Below, piece after piece: positions 48,863-58,573 of a stretch of DNA of 64,000 nt. The translations under genes and the position numbers were made by a program. The notes under the pieces were generated by a model. That model saw only the letters and a list, made by a program, of their open reading frames with translations, was not told where the DNA came from and made no database searches. This DNA is from Thermoplasmata archaeon (GTDB lineage: Archaea > Thermoplasmatota > Thermoplasmata > Lutacidiplasmatales > JAMCUS01), in assembly GCA_049966015.1 (NCBI GenBank), contig JBMFVL010000001.1, positions 6,000 to 69,999 on the forward strand. The letters run 5' to 3'. Position 1 is the first letter of the stretch; the number at the start of each line of letters is the position of its first letter.

Positions 48863-49762
48863 ATGATTAGGAATAGGAGGAAGAAGAAGGGGGTTGCTAG
48901 TGTTGTAGCTACCCTGTTTGCTATCATGCTAGGGGTTATTATAGTTAGCAATTATATTGCCACTGATTTGCCCCAATACGTTTACAATCAGGAGTATGAA
49001 CACAGTGTTTATGTGCAGAATCAGTTCATGAACATACAGGCTGCAATTATGCAGGAAATGCTTACCCACAATTCCCTTATAACCGTTTATACCCCTGTGA
49101 CGTTGGGCACTCCAGGTCTCCCTCCCTTTGCTTCTTCGAGTCCTGGTACGTTGACCATTGAAGGGTTGACTTACGGGCAGTCTAGTATAGATGTGAGTTA
49201 TTATCATCCAAACAATGGTGTAAAAGATAAAACTTTGCTTACTGAACCATTAGGTGATATTGTTCTGAACCAATTCAACAAATATTACCCTATGCAAATG
49301 TTTTATTACGAAGATGGCGCCATATTTGTTTCTCAGGGAAGTAATAATGTTGTTATGATAAGCGCTCCTGATATACAATTTAACCTTGTTCATGGCTCTG
49401 GTAACAGTTATGCTAATGTTTTAAACCTTAGCGTTATACAGATTATTTCCTCTGATCTTGCCCCATCTACAGGGAGTAACACGGTAGGAGTGGGTGTAAC
49501 AATGACAAACTTCGTTTCCAGTGTTAATCCTGGCAATCCTAATGGTGATGACGTATATGTTACAATTATCAGCCCTGTGGCTATTGCGTGGTACAATTAC
49601 TTCATGAGCGTTAAAGCACAACTTACAGGTGGAAATGGGAATTCCGCACAGAATGAACTTAAAGTTACCCTAAATTCTCCTACTAATGTTTTGATCAAGT
49701 TTAGGAATGTAGAAACACTTAATTTTTATGAAGCGTTTGTTACTGTAAAAATCCAGCAATGA
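48863..49762 (+). CDS. Archaeal type IV pilin-like protein (class III signal peptide)
   Basis: N-terminus RRKKKG|VASVVATLFAIMLGVIIV fits the prepilin peptidase (PibD/FlaK) cleavage pattern; the mature region is Gly/Asn/Thr-rich. Confidence 0.5.
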   Translation: MIRNRRKKKGVASVVATLFAIMLGVIIVSNYIATDLPQYVYNQEYEHSVYVQNQFMNIQAAIMQEMLTHNSLITVYTPVTLGTPGLPPFASSSPGTLTIEGLTYGQSSIDVSYYHPNNGVKDKTLLTEPLGDIVLNQFNKYYPMQMFYYEDGAIFVSQGSNNVVMISAPDIQFNLVHGSGNSYANVLNLSVIQIISSDLAPSTGSNTVGVGVTMTNFVSSVNPGNPNGDDVYVTIISPVAIAWYNYFMSVKAQLTGGNGNSAQNELKVTLNSPTNVLIKFRNVETLNFYEAFVTVKIQQ

Positions 49763-49772
49763 TTGTCATTAT

Positions 49773-51011
49773 TCAAAAATAATCTTCTAGTGCGTTAAAA
49801 AGGGTTTCCTCAATGCTTTTTTTGATGTCGTCTTCAAATTCTTTTACCAAATCAGGATATCTCTTTTTAACATGCATAACAATTTCTTCTATATTGAAAG
49901 ATGTAAGATTTTGCTGTGATAAATATTGTATGATGTCATCTATTGTATCATCTTTTATATCCGCTATTTTTTCTTTTGCTTTCCAGTTTCGGTACATCTT
50001 TTCTTCCATTTTTTTTCTCCATTCTTTCTCATATTTTTGCAGGAATTCTTTGCTGTAATCTTTGCTTTCTATTGATTCTGCTGCTACTTCTCCAGCTATT
50101 TTTCCGGATAAACATGCTGCATGTATACCACCCCCCGTTAATGGATCAATCATCCTTGCTGCATCTCCGACCAACATCAAGTTGTCCCTTACTACGCTAT
50201 CCAAAGGCTTGGATACGGATACTGCTCCGCCCACCATATCTATCTTCTTTCCTTTGCTCAATCCTGGCATTCTGCTTATGAATTCATCTAACATTCTCTT
50301 GGTATCCCCTTTATTTTTTAAAAACTTGAGCTCAATACCTATCCCCACATTGGCTACCCCTTCTCCCTTAGGAAATACCCAAACATAGCCTCCTGGTGCA
50401 AAAGACCCTATGTAGAAATCAGTATAGTTCGGATTGCATTCTATTCCAGCCATTCTATACTGCAAGCATGATACTTCATCATTGGTCTTTAAAAGAGTAT
50501 TTAATCCACCCCATCTTCCGACCTGGGACTCAAATCCATCTGCGCCTATAATCATTTTAGCATTTATCCTGAAGTTTTCACCCATGTGCTTTGCCTTTAC
50601 ACCGGTTATTTTGTTTCCTTCTTTTATTAGATCTATAGCTGCAGTTTTTACCAGATAACGTGCTCCTGCCTTTGCCGCTTCTATTGCTAGAGCTTTATCA
50701 AATTGATCTCTTTCGATTATAAGGCCACCTTCCCTATTAACCATGGTCGTATCCACTTCTACATGGTTTAGTTTGGGAGAAAATACCCTTATACCATTGA
50801 CTTCATTTGCAATCCATTTTTTATCTCTCTGTATACCTACTTCCTCTAGCCAGTATTTTGAAATTCCTTCTCCGCATCTTACAGGGGAACCTATTTCCTG
50901 CCTTTTCTCTACTACCACTACATCCTTACCTTTGGAAGCTGCACGTTTAGCGGCCATGCTCCCACCAGGGCCTGCACCTACCACCAAAACATCACAGGAT
51001 ATATCATTCAT
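49773..51011 (-). CDS. Geranylgeranyl reductase family flavoprotein (digeranylgeranylglycerophospholipid reductase)
   Basis: FAD motif VLVVGAGPGGSMAA, RCGEG motif and GGR-family length. Start chosen at the internal Met (MNDISCD); the ORF is open up to 51107. Confidence 0.75.
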   Translation of the reverse strand: MNDISCDVLVVGAGPGGSMAAKRAASKGKDVVVVEKRQEIGSPVRCGEGISKYWLEEVGIQRDKKWIANEVNGIRVFSPKLNHVEVDTTMVNREGGLIIERDQFDKALAIEAAKAGARYLVKTAAIDLIKEGNKITGVKAKHMGENFRINAKMIIGADGFESQVGRWGGLNTLLKTNDEVSCLQYRMAGIECNPNYTDFYIGSFAPGGYVWVFPKGEGVANVGIGIELKFLKNKGDTKRMLDEFISRMPGLSKGKKIDMVGGAVSVSKPLDSVVRDNLMLVGDAARMIDPLTGGGIHAACLSGKIAGEVAAESIESKDYSKEFLQKYEKEWRKKMEEKMYRNWKAKEKIADIKDDTIDDIIQYLSQQNLTSFNIEEIVMHVKKRYPDLVKEFEDDIKKSIEETLFNALEDYF

Positions 51012-51101
51012 TTTGATTTGCACCTTTATACATCTTTTCATTGTTTTTGTGTTAATTAATTTTGTCATAAATATTATGTAGTTAAAATAACTACATATTT
51101 T

Positions 51102-51860
51102 ATGCAAACGTTAGACAAATTGGCTTCTATACTTGGGCCAGATGTGTTAAGGGAATACAACGAAGCACTTGACCTTTTGCAAACTACGGGATTAACATTA
51201 TATGAAGCTAAAACATATTTGGCTCTCATTGTCAAAGGATATGGAGAAGTATCAGTTATTGCTGCAACTGCAAATATTCCCAGGACATCTGCATATAAAT
51301 CATTAGAATCTTTAAGGGATAAAGGATATATTTATTCTGAAAATGGAAGACCCGTAGTATACAAGCCATATTCCCCTCTGGATGTTTCTGAAAAAATAAT
51401 AGATAAAATAAAGAATGTATTCCAAAAATTGAATGACTTGAGAAATGTAGTGGAAGAGGTTGGAGATCTGGAAGTTGTTTATATGATAAAAGGTTTTGAT
51501 GAAGTTATAGAAAAAATAAAGGACATTCTAAACGCTTCTACTAGAAAATTTGTAATATCTTCCCCTAAATTTAATGTTATTCGTGACCAAATAGAGAAAG
51601 AGCTTGACAAGGCTTTAAAGAGGGGAGTTAATATAATAATTATACATCCACCTTTCCAAAGAGTTCCTCAAAATGTAGAATCTTATATAAAAGACGATCT
51701 GATAACTACAGACGTGTTAGGTGATTCAGAACAGGCACTTTTAGCTGGACCGGATCTTAGCATAGCTGGATATACCAACAATCCAATATTGGCAGAGCAT
51801 CTTGAAGCGTTTATATCCTCTTTGATAGATTTCGCAAAAATGAAGAAAAATAAAGAATAG
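51102..51860 (+). CDS. TrmB-family transcriptional regulator
   Basis: N-terminal wHTH LTLYEAKTYLALIVKGYGEVSVIAATANIPRTSAYKSLESLRDKGYI. Confidence 0.7.
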   Translation: MQTLDKLASILGPDVLREYNEALDLLQTTGLTLYEAKTYLALIVKGYGEVSVIAATANIPRTSAYKSLESLRDKGYIYSENGRPVVYKPYSPLDVSEKIIDKIKNVFQKLNDLRNVVEEVGDLEVVYMIKGFDEVIEKIKDILNASTRKFVISSPKFNVIRDQIEKELDKALKRGVNIIIIHPPFQRVPQNVESYIKDDLITTDVLGDSEQALLAGPDLSIAGYTNNPILAEHLEAFISSLIDFAKMKKNKE

Positions 51861-51914
51861 TTAGTCAATAGATAGCCTATTATATCCCTTAAGTTTTTTT
51901 ATTTTTGTTGGTGC

Positions 51915-52505
51915 TTGATGATAGGCATTTATGCAACCTCTCTTGATGACTCTTTTGAAACAATAAATATATTGCGTGAAAGGAAAATACCATTCAAATT
52001 GTTAGATGATTTCAATAACATTCCTGTAGATGTTACAATAGTTATAATGTTTCCTCAAGGGTGTATTGTTGGAAAAGAATTTAAAATAACAGTAGGGTTA
52101 AAAGCAGGCATCCTTGTTGACCTTGCTTTGGCTGTTATAAATGGAAAAAAAGCAGAAAAGATTATATTAGGAATAGACCCTGGCCCATATCCAGCCATGG
52201 CGACAATTATAAACAATGTTGTTATGGATGTAGAACAATTTTACAACATGAACAAGATGGTGGATAAGGTTAAATCATATAGGTATATTTCTAACAAAAT
52301 AATATTGAAAATTGGTAATGGTGATCCAGTTTATGGTCAAAGAATAATTAAAAAATTACATACAGTTGTGGATGAAACCATCATTGTAAATGAAAAAAAC
52401 ACTTCTAAAATTGCGAATAAATTTGATATTCCCTATTCTTCCAATGATGAAAAAAGGGTAAGACGCAATAAAGGTGCCGCTATTGCCATAGGGCTTGCAG
52501 ACTAA
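51915..52505 (+). CDS. Hypothetical protein (196 aa)
   Basis: ORF with a GIDPGPY segment reminiscent of RNase-H-fold nucleases; weak. Confidence 0.3.
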   Translation: MMIGIYATSLDDSFETINILRERKIPFKLLDDFNNIPVDVTIVIMFPQGCIVGKEFKITVGLKAGILVDLALAVINGKKAEKIILGIDPGPYPAMATIINNVVMDVEQFYNMNKMVDKVKSYRYISNKIILKIGNGDPVYGQRIIKKLHTVVDETIIVNEKNTSKIANKFDIPYSSNDEKRVRRNKGAAIAIGLAD

Positions 52506-52552
52506 ACCGATAGCAAATTAAAAATACCATTTTATCGATGTTGGTAGTATAT

Positions 52553-52637
52553 GCAGGGGTAGTCAAGCTTGGTCAAAGGCGCCAGACTAAGGATCTGGTC
52601 TTATAGAAGTCCGTGAGTTCAAATCTCACCCCCTGCA
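52553..52637 (+). tRNA. tRNA-Leu (type II); the anticodon loop reads CUAAGGA, so the apparent anticodon is AAG
   Basis: Acceptor GCAGGGG/CCCCTGC, D-loop AGCTTGGTCAAAG, anticodon stem CCAGA/TCTGG, long variable arm, T-arm GTGAG-TTCAAAT-CTCAC. Confidence 0.7.
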
Positions 52638-52755
52638 TCAATATTTTAAGAAAGATTTTTGAAATACTTTGTGTAATTAAAAACCAGGAGATTTTAATAA
52701 GTTTAAATCAGTATAATCAAAAATATTTTTGGTAAAATAAAAATTTAAAAAATGT

Positions 52756-53880
52756 TTAAAGTGGATTTCCACAGTTGGGACAAAATTTGCTTCCTGGTTG
52801 GTAGGGAGTATTGCACTTGGGGCATTTGGGCAGTTCTTGAGGCTGCTGAACAACAGGCTGCTCTAAAAGAGTTCCACAATTAGGACAAAATTTTGCAGTG
52901 GAAGATACTGCCGCACCACATTTAGGGCATGTTTTAGTCGGTGCTGGAGTCGCACCAGCACCTGGTGCAGGTGCACCCATTGCTTGAGGGCTAGCCATCT
53001 GTCCCATCATCATATATCCCATTCCAATACCAGCACCTAAACCTACACCAGTTGATGCTGCACCAGCAGTTGGATTTTTGGCTGCATCTACCATAGCTCT
53101 TCCTGCTTGGTATTGCATATAATTAACACCCAGCACACCCATTGAGGCACGCTCATCAACAGCTTTTTGCACTTCTTCTGGCAAAACAATGTTTAAACCA
53201 GATATTTTGTCAATTGCAATTCCGTATTGGTCAAAATTTTCTTTGGTTCTACCCAATACCATTTGTTCTATGGTTGTAAGAGAAGAAGGAATGTCTAATA
53301 CAGACATGCCATTCTCTTTCATTTTACCTAGTGCTTCATAAATTATAATTACTAACTGGTCTTTTAATCTATCCTCGACTTCCCCAGAGGTTTCTACGTT
53401 AAACGTTCCGACAAACTGGTTTATAAAATTTTCAGGATTGGAAACTTTATACCTGAATTCACCAAAAAGTTTGAGGTTTACAACTCCAAAAGTTGGATCC
53501 CTAAATGCATAGGGTTCCTTGCTTCCAAATTTCCCATCAATTATTCTTTTCTGGATATAATAAACTTCGGCTTGCTGCCTGACACCAGATAATTCATTCA
53601 CCAATTTTCCTAGTATGGGAGCATTAAGGGAGGTCAATGCATACCTGTTAGGCTGATCTAAATATCCTATTGCTTTTCCATCTCTAAAGAACACTGCTAT
53701 TTCATCTTCTCTGACAATTATGTTGTCATTCCATTGGATGTTCCTTGGGACCTTCCACATGATATTCCCTTGTTTATACTGGTTATCCCATGCAACAGTC
53801 ATGGAACCAGTAAACAACCCCTGCTTATTATTAGCTGTTGATACAGAATCTTTCCTTCCTCCAAATAACATTTTACTCAC
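52756..53880 (-). CDS. SPFH (band-7/stomatin-like) domain protein with a Gly/Met/Ala/Pro-rich linker and a C-terminal double zinc ribbon (COG4260-like)
   Basis: SPFH core of about 250 aa, then CPKCGAAVSSTAKFCPNCG and CPKCNTPYQPGSKFCPNCG. Confidence 0.6.
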   Translation of the reverse strand: MSKMLFGGRKDSVSTANNKQGLFTGSMTVAWDNQYKQGNIMWKVPRNIQWNDNIIVREDEIAVFFRDGKAIGYLDQPNRYALTSLNAPILGKLVNELSGVRQQAEVYYIQKRIIDGKFGSKEPYAFRDPTFGVVNLKLFGEFRYKVSNPENFINQFVGTFNVETSGEVEDRLKDQLVIIIYEALGKMKENGMSVLDIPSSLTTIEQMVLGRTKENFDQYGIAIDKISGLNIVLPEEVQKAVDERASMGVLGVNYMQYQAGRAMVDAAKNPTAGAASTGVGLGAGIGMGYMMMGQMASPQAMGAPAPGAGATPAPTKTCPKCGAAVSSTAKFCPNCGTLLEQPVVQQPQELPKCPKCNTPYQPGSKFCPNCGNPL

Positions 53881-53890
53881 CTTTTTATTT

Positions 53891-54415
53891 TTAATATGCC
53901 TTTATATTTTTCACTTCATTAAGCCTGTTAGAAAAAATCGTCTCTACATTTGACAGTTTGGTCATGATATCGTTGACAGAACTTATAAATTTGCTTTTTT
54001 CGTTGATAGACTTCAGTGTAGGTATAGTATCCAATATGCTTTTTACATTTGTTCCCAACTGGTAGTCGTATTCGTATAACCTTTCTTCTATTTCAGGTGT
54101 TACTTTGATGTCCCATGAAATACCGCTATACCCTAGAGTCATATGCCTTATTTTTCCTTCTATATCCTGGATTGTAAATATGAGTTTTCCGATCGAATGT
54201 AGCATATCATTATCAGGGTGATCAACGATTGAACTTCTTACTTCATCAAGCTGGCTCTTTCCACTTCTTAGCATATCTGCAATTTGGTTTCTAAGTATGT
54301 TGTCCGCGTTCCTGAGATCTTCACCTCTCCTATAACCAGAATATCCAGGTATGAGTAGCTGTATTTTTTTAATTGCACCTCTATCTTCTTCTATTTTATC
54401 TCTAATGTCTACCAT
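53891..54415 (-). CDS. Hypothetical helical protein (174 aa) immediately upstream of the SPFH gene
   Basis: 10-bp gap and same strand, so probably co-transcribed; predicted mostly alpha-helical. Confidence 0.4.
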   Translation of the reverse strand: MVDIRDKIEEDRGAIKKIQLLIPGYSGYRRGEDLRNADNILRNQIADMLRSGKSQLDEVRSSIVDHPDNDMLHSIGKLIFTIQDIEGKIRHMTLGYSGISWDIKVTPEIEERLYEYDYQLGTNVKSILDTIPTLKSINEKSKFISSVNDIMTKLSNVETIFSNRLNEVKNIKAY

Positions 54416-54518
54416 TAGATTACCTCATATTTACAATTTGATTATTACTATTTTAACTTATTGATTTACAAGAAATTATATATAGCAAAATATAAAATAT
54501 AAAAAGTTGGATAATATC

Positions 54519-55475
54519 TTAAATGCTAGTGTTTGCTTTTAGTATTTCCATTATTGGCCCATAATGATTTCTTATTGTTATCGGTGTAACATGTGCTATC
54601 TTTGCAATTTTATCTTGGCTCAGCTCTATCCCCAGTTGCAAGGCAGTTATATATGTTACCGTTGCTACGATCCCTTGTGGGAGAACACTTGATACCTGAT
54701 ACTTTTCCTTGACAATTTGCAAATATTTATTTATCATTTTTCTAGCTTCTACCGAAAGTTGTAATTCATCTGAAAATCTGGAAACAAAATCTTCAGGGCT
54801 AAGCAAGGGGATTTTCAACTTCAGCAATCTGTTGATTGTAGAGTATGCCCTTGTAATTTCAATCCTTGATGACTTGGAATACTCCGATATTTCTCTGATT
54901 GTTCTTGGGACATTTTTCATTCTAGAAGCTGCATATATGGAAGCTGCTACCAAAGAAGTTATTTTTTTGCCGTGTGTCATATTGGTTTTTGTAGCCCTTT
55001 TGTATATATCGAAAGCTTCTTCCTTGACTTCTTTAGATATGTTCATTACAGCACATATCCTGTTAAGTTCGTTGTAAGCAGTTGTAAGGTTCCTTTGCTG
55101 CCCCTTTGCATTTTTAATTCTTTGATTAAGAACCCTTAAGTTGGAGAACTTGGATATTGTGTGGTTGGACAATTTATTCCCATGTATATCCCTCTTGTCT
55201 TTACCTATTTCACTATCCAATGTAGAAAAAGGCACGCTCGAATTTGAAAAGTCACCGTATCCAATGCCTTCTGTATTTTGGTTAAAATCTATGAACTCTC
55301 CTTCGTCAATGAATAAATTTTCAGCAATAACCAATCCACAATTCTGGCATATAAGTTCGCTTGAGATTTTGTCCCTTACAACATTTTTGCTGTTGCATTC
55401 TGGGCATTGATGCATGTTAATATAATCTTTCTGATTATTTGTTTCCATATACTTTTCTTTAATCTTTCCGTTCAT
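54519..55475 (-). CDS. tfb: Transcription initiation factor IIB
   Basis: N-terminal zinc ribbon CPECNSKNVV...CQNCG, B-reader/linker and two cyclin-like repeats. The start is uncertain; the ORF is open to 55541. Confidence 0.8.
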   Translation of the reverse strand: MNGKIKEKYMETNNQKDYINMHQCPECNSKNVVRDKISSELICQNCGLVIAENLFIDEGEFIDFNQNTEGIGYGDFSNSSVPFSTLDSEIGKDKRDIHGNKLSNHTISKFSNLRVLNQRIKNAKGQQRNLTTAYNELNRICAVMNISKEVKEEAFDIYKRATKTNMTHGKKITSLVAASIYAASRMKNVPRTIREISEYSKSSRIEITRAYSTINRLLKLKIPLLSPEDFVSRFSDELQLSVEARKMINKYLQIVKEKYQVSSVLPQGIVATVTYITALQLGIELSQDKIAKIAHVTPITIRNHYGPIMEILKANTSI

Positions 55476-55544
55476 CTTACTCACCCTATTTCTTAATATA
55501 AAATATGAATAATTTATAGTTTGTTTGTACTTTTTGTACAAACA

Positions 55545-56291
55545 TCAAAAATTGGTAGAAATTACATCTTTGTTGGATAAGGCATTCAAAAGCCTATTTT
55601 TTACCTTGCCGTTTATAAGGCTTCCATGGATTCCAATTTCTGAGAGGTTTTGCATTACTTCTATTTTTTTAAGAATTCCCCCTGTTGCATCACTATCTTT
55701 TTTCCATGCTACTATCTCTTTGGGATTAACCTCGTTTAAATCAGGAATCAATTTTTTATTCTTACTAAATACTCCATCGATATCCGAAACAAATATAACT
55801 TTTTCTGGTTTGAGGTTTTTAGCTAGATGCAGGATTATGTCATCTCCAGAGATGATAGAAAAATTCCAATGGGTGTCTAGGGCAACATCTCCAAACAATA
55901 CAGGAGTAATTTGTTTTTCAACCAATGTTTTTATTATTTCTATGTCAAAACTTAAAATATTACCTTTTTCCATAATTACAATAGCCCTTGGTGGTATAGA
56001 AATTGCATTTAATTTAGCTTTCTTTGATGTGTTCAATATTTCATAATTGAGCTGTAAAACATCTAAGGATACTTGTGATACTGCATTATAATCGTATACT
56101 GCATTTTTTCCTATTCCCGCTTGCTTGGCTATGATGTGCCCATACGAACCTGCACCATGGACAAGGATTACCTGCTGTTTCGATTTAACTATTTCTTTTA
56201 TCAAGTCCCCTGCAATTTTTTTGTTGAATGTCTTATAGTCAGATTTATTTGTTATTACACTACCACCTAATTTTATAATGTACATATCCAT
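55545..56291 (-). CDS. ipk: Isopentenyl phosphate kinase (amino-acid-kinase fold)
   Basis: IIKLGGSVIT ... VILVHGAGSYGH; 248 aa, the same size as MJ0044/Ta0103-type IPK. Confidence 0.7.
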   Translation of the reverse strand: MDMYIIKLGGSVITNKSDYKTFNKKIAGDLIKEIVKSKQQVILVHGAGSYGHIIAKQAGIGKNAVYDYNAVSQVSLDVLQLNYEILNTSKKAKLNAISIPPRAIVIMEKGNILSFDIEIIKTLVEKQITPVLFGDVALDTHWNFSIISGDDIILHLAKNLKPEKVIFVSDIDGVFSKNKKLIPDLNEVNPKEIVAWKKDSDATGGILKKIEVMQNLSEIGIHGSLINGKVKNRLLNALSNKDVISTNF

Positions 56292-56294
56292 CCA

Positions 56295-57050
56295 TTAACT
56301 GTACATCGCTTTAGAATCGTTGGTTTGGGTTGTAGCATGCTTTTGAATCATCTTTATCTGGTTTTCTATTTTTTCAGCTTCTTCTATAAGTGGAACCGGA
56401 TCAACTTTAGTTTTCAACAAAACTGTATTAATAATGTCTATTACCTTAGCAGCAGCTCTTGCATCCGGATATTCTTTGTGCGCTTCTGCTAAAAAAGATA
56501 TAACATCGTAGTCAATCCTTTTTCCTTCGTTTAACAATACACCGGATACTCCACTTATCACTCCTTCTATCAAAGGAGTAACGTTGGGTTCTATATATAA
56601 CTCCCTAGCTCTTTTAGTAGAAGCTGCACCATATACCTTTGGAGTAATATTCTCCTCGTTTTCATTTACAAGACCACCGGGTGAAATTATCATTGAACAT
56701 TTTTGTTCTTTAGCCCAATCTAGCATGGAGTGAGCAATTGCCCTTATCATATGCTGTGGGGGTTGAAATTCAGATAAAAATACAACCAATTTATCAACGG
56801 AATGGTCGTTTTTCGCAGTTCTTGTACCAGCATATATTCTAACGGGATTCAAAGGTTCCCCTTCTTTAACCAATGAAACAGGAGGAAATGAATCAGATTC
56901 CATTACACCTATTTGCTCCATATCTATTATATTTATTATGTAATTAGCGACTATAGAGCTTACTAACCCTACCGTAGGAAAACCATCAATTATTATTGCA
57001 TTTGTATGATCTTGCCTTTTCATTTCAAATATTTCAATATCCTCTGCCAT
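56295..57050 (-). CDS. PAC2-family proteasome assembly chaperone (PbaA/B-like)
   Basis: Characteristic N-terminal IIDGFPTVGLVSSI motif; about 250 aa. Confidence 0.6.
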   Translation of the reverse strand: MAEDIEIFEMKRQDHTNAIIIDGFPTVGLVSSIVANYIINIIDMEQIGVMESDSFPPVSLVKEGEPLNPVRIYAGTRTAKNDHSVDKLVVFLSEFQPPQHMIRAIAHSMLDWAKEQKCSMIISPGGLVNENEENITPKVYGAASTKRARELYIEPNVTPLIEGVISGVSGVLLNEGKRIDYDVISFLAEAHKEYPDARAAAKVIDIINTVLLKTKVDPVPLIEEAEKIENQIKMIQKHATTQTNDSKAMYS

Positions 57051-57151
57051 TTTATTTACCCTCTTGCTAATGATTTATTGATTTTTATTTATCGATACAT
57101 ACTATAATATTTTTTTCACATATTTTTTGGTTTTTTGCATTAACATGCTTA

Positions 57152-58570
57152 TCATTCTACACAGCAACTCATTTTAGATATATCCCTGACAAAAGACTGC
57201 GCTGCCAACTTTATCCCTTCTGAAAAAGAGGGAAATATATGGCTGGTAGAGATTATGTCTTCGTAGGTAAATCCGTATTTTACAGCATATGCCCCTTCAG
57301 TTATTATGTCAGTGGCAGAAGGGGACATTATATGCATGCCTACAATTTTGTGTGTATTTTGGTCTGCAATGATCTTTATTAATCCATCTGTTTCATCCAC
57401 TATAGAAGCTTTGGTAAGGTTTTTTAATGAAAAGGTCCTCGTTAAACATGCCCCCTTTTTCTCATTGTATTCTTTTTCAGTGTATCCAACACCTGCTATC
57501 TGTGGCTTGGTAAACACTGCCCATACGGCAGAGTTGTAATCTATATGCTCTTCTACACCAAATATGTTCATAGCAGCAATAACACCTTCCCTTGCAGCTA
57601 GCGTTTCTAGATAAAGGTGTTTAGATGTGCAATCCCCAGCTGCATAAACATTTTCAGCAGAGGATTTCATTGTGCTATCAACTAGAATATACCCGTATTT
57701 ATTTTTATCAATACCAGCATTTTCCAATTGCAAAAAATCAGTGTTTGGAGACCTGTTAGTTGCAATGAGTAGTTCATCAGATTCTATTGTATCAATGCCA
57801 TTTGGCGTATCAATTTGCACCTTTTTCATACCTTCTTTTTCAGATAAATTCAAAATATTTGCGTTGAAATAAAATTTTATTCCCTCTTTCTCTAATTTTT
57901 GTTTTATTGCTTCTATAATTTCTGGTTCAGTATTTAAATGAATTCCGTGTCTGGCAATGATTGATACTTCAGACCCAAAGTGTAGAAAGGCCTGTCCTAT
58001 TTCAAGTGCTATTGCACCTGCACCTATTATTGTAATTCTCCTTGGAAGCTTATAAATATCCCATACAGTGTTGCTTGTCAGGTATTTTACATTTTCAATC
58101 CCTGGGATTGACGGAATTGAAGGTGTAGACCCTGTAGCTATTATTATGTTATATCCATATAGTTGAGTAATATCATTTCCGTTAACCACTTCTATAATAT
58201 TATTGCTTTTAAATTTTCCTTTGCCTTTGTATACATCTACATTTTTATAATTTTCAATTACTTTTTCGTATTTATCTATTCTTGAATTGTTAACAAATTG
58301 CCTTAACCCCTGCATAAGATTATCAAAATCAAATTTAACATTTGAAGCACCAATTCCTTTTATTGATGGATGGAGGGGTGTATAAACAGAATGGGATGCT
58401 TCTAAAAAATACTTGGATGGAACACAACCAACATTCACACAGGTTCCGCCTATGGGGCCAATACCGACCATTGCAATTTTTGCTTGACTTGAGGTTAATT
58501 CGCTTGCTTTTATCGTTGCAGAAAAGGCTGCTGCACCATTGCCGATAATTATCAGATCATATTCTCTCAT
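57152..58570 (-). CDS. merA: Mercuric reductase (pyridine nucleotide-disulfide oxidoreductase)
   Basis: Redox-active disulfide GGTCVNVGCVPSK, FAD and NAD(P) Rossmann motifs, and the C-terminal Cys pair (SCCVE) diagnostic of MerA. No fused HMA domain. Confidence 0.65.
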   Translation of the reverse strand: MREYDLIIIGNGAAAFSATIKASELTSSQAKIAMVGIGPIGGTCVNVGCVPSKYFLEASHSVYTPLHPSIKGIGASNVKFDFDNLMQGLRQFVNNSRIDKYEKVIENYKNVDVYKGKGKFKSNNIIEVVNGNDITQLYGYNIIIATGSTPSIPSIPGIENVKYLTSNTVWDIYKLPRRITIIGAGAIALEIGQAFLHFGSEVSIIARHGIHLNTEPEIIEAIKQKLEKEGIKFYFNANILNLSEKEGMKKVQIDTPNGIDTIESDELLIATNRSPNTDFLQLENAGIDKNKYGYILVDSTMKSSAENVYAAGDCTSKHLYLETLAAREGVIAAMNIFGVEEHIDYNSAVWAVFTKPQIAGVGYTEKEYNEKKGACLTRTFSLKNLTKASIVDETDGLIKIIADQNTHKIVGMHIMSPSATDIITEGAYAVKYGFTYEDIISTSHIFPSFSEGIKLAAQSFVRDISKMSCCVE

Positions 58571-58573
58571 CGG

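Noticed and set aside
49813-51081. Several + strand ORFs of 74-112 aa
   Set aside because: Antisense to the geranylgeranyl reductase gene, with hydrophobic low-complexity translations.
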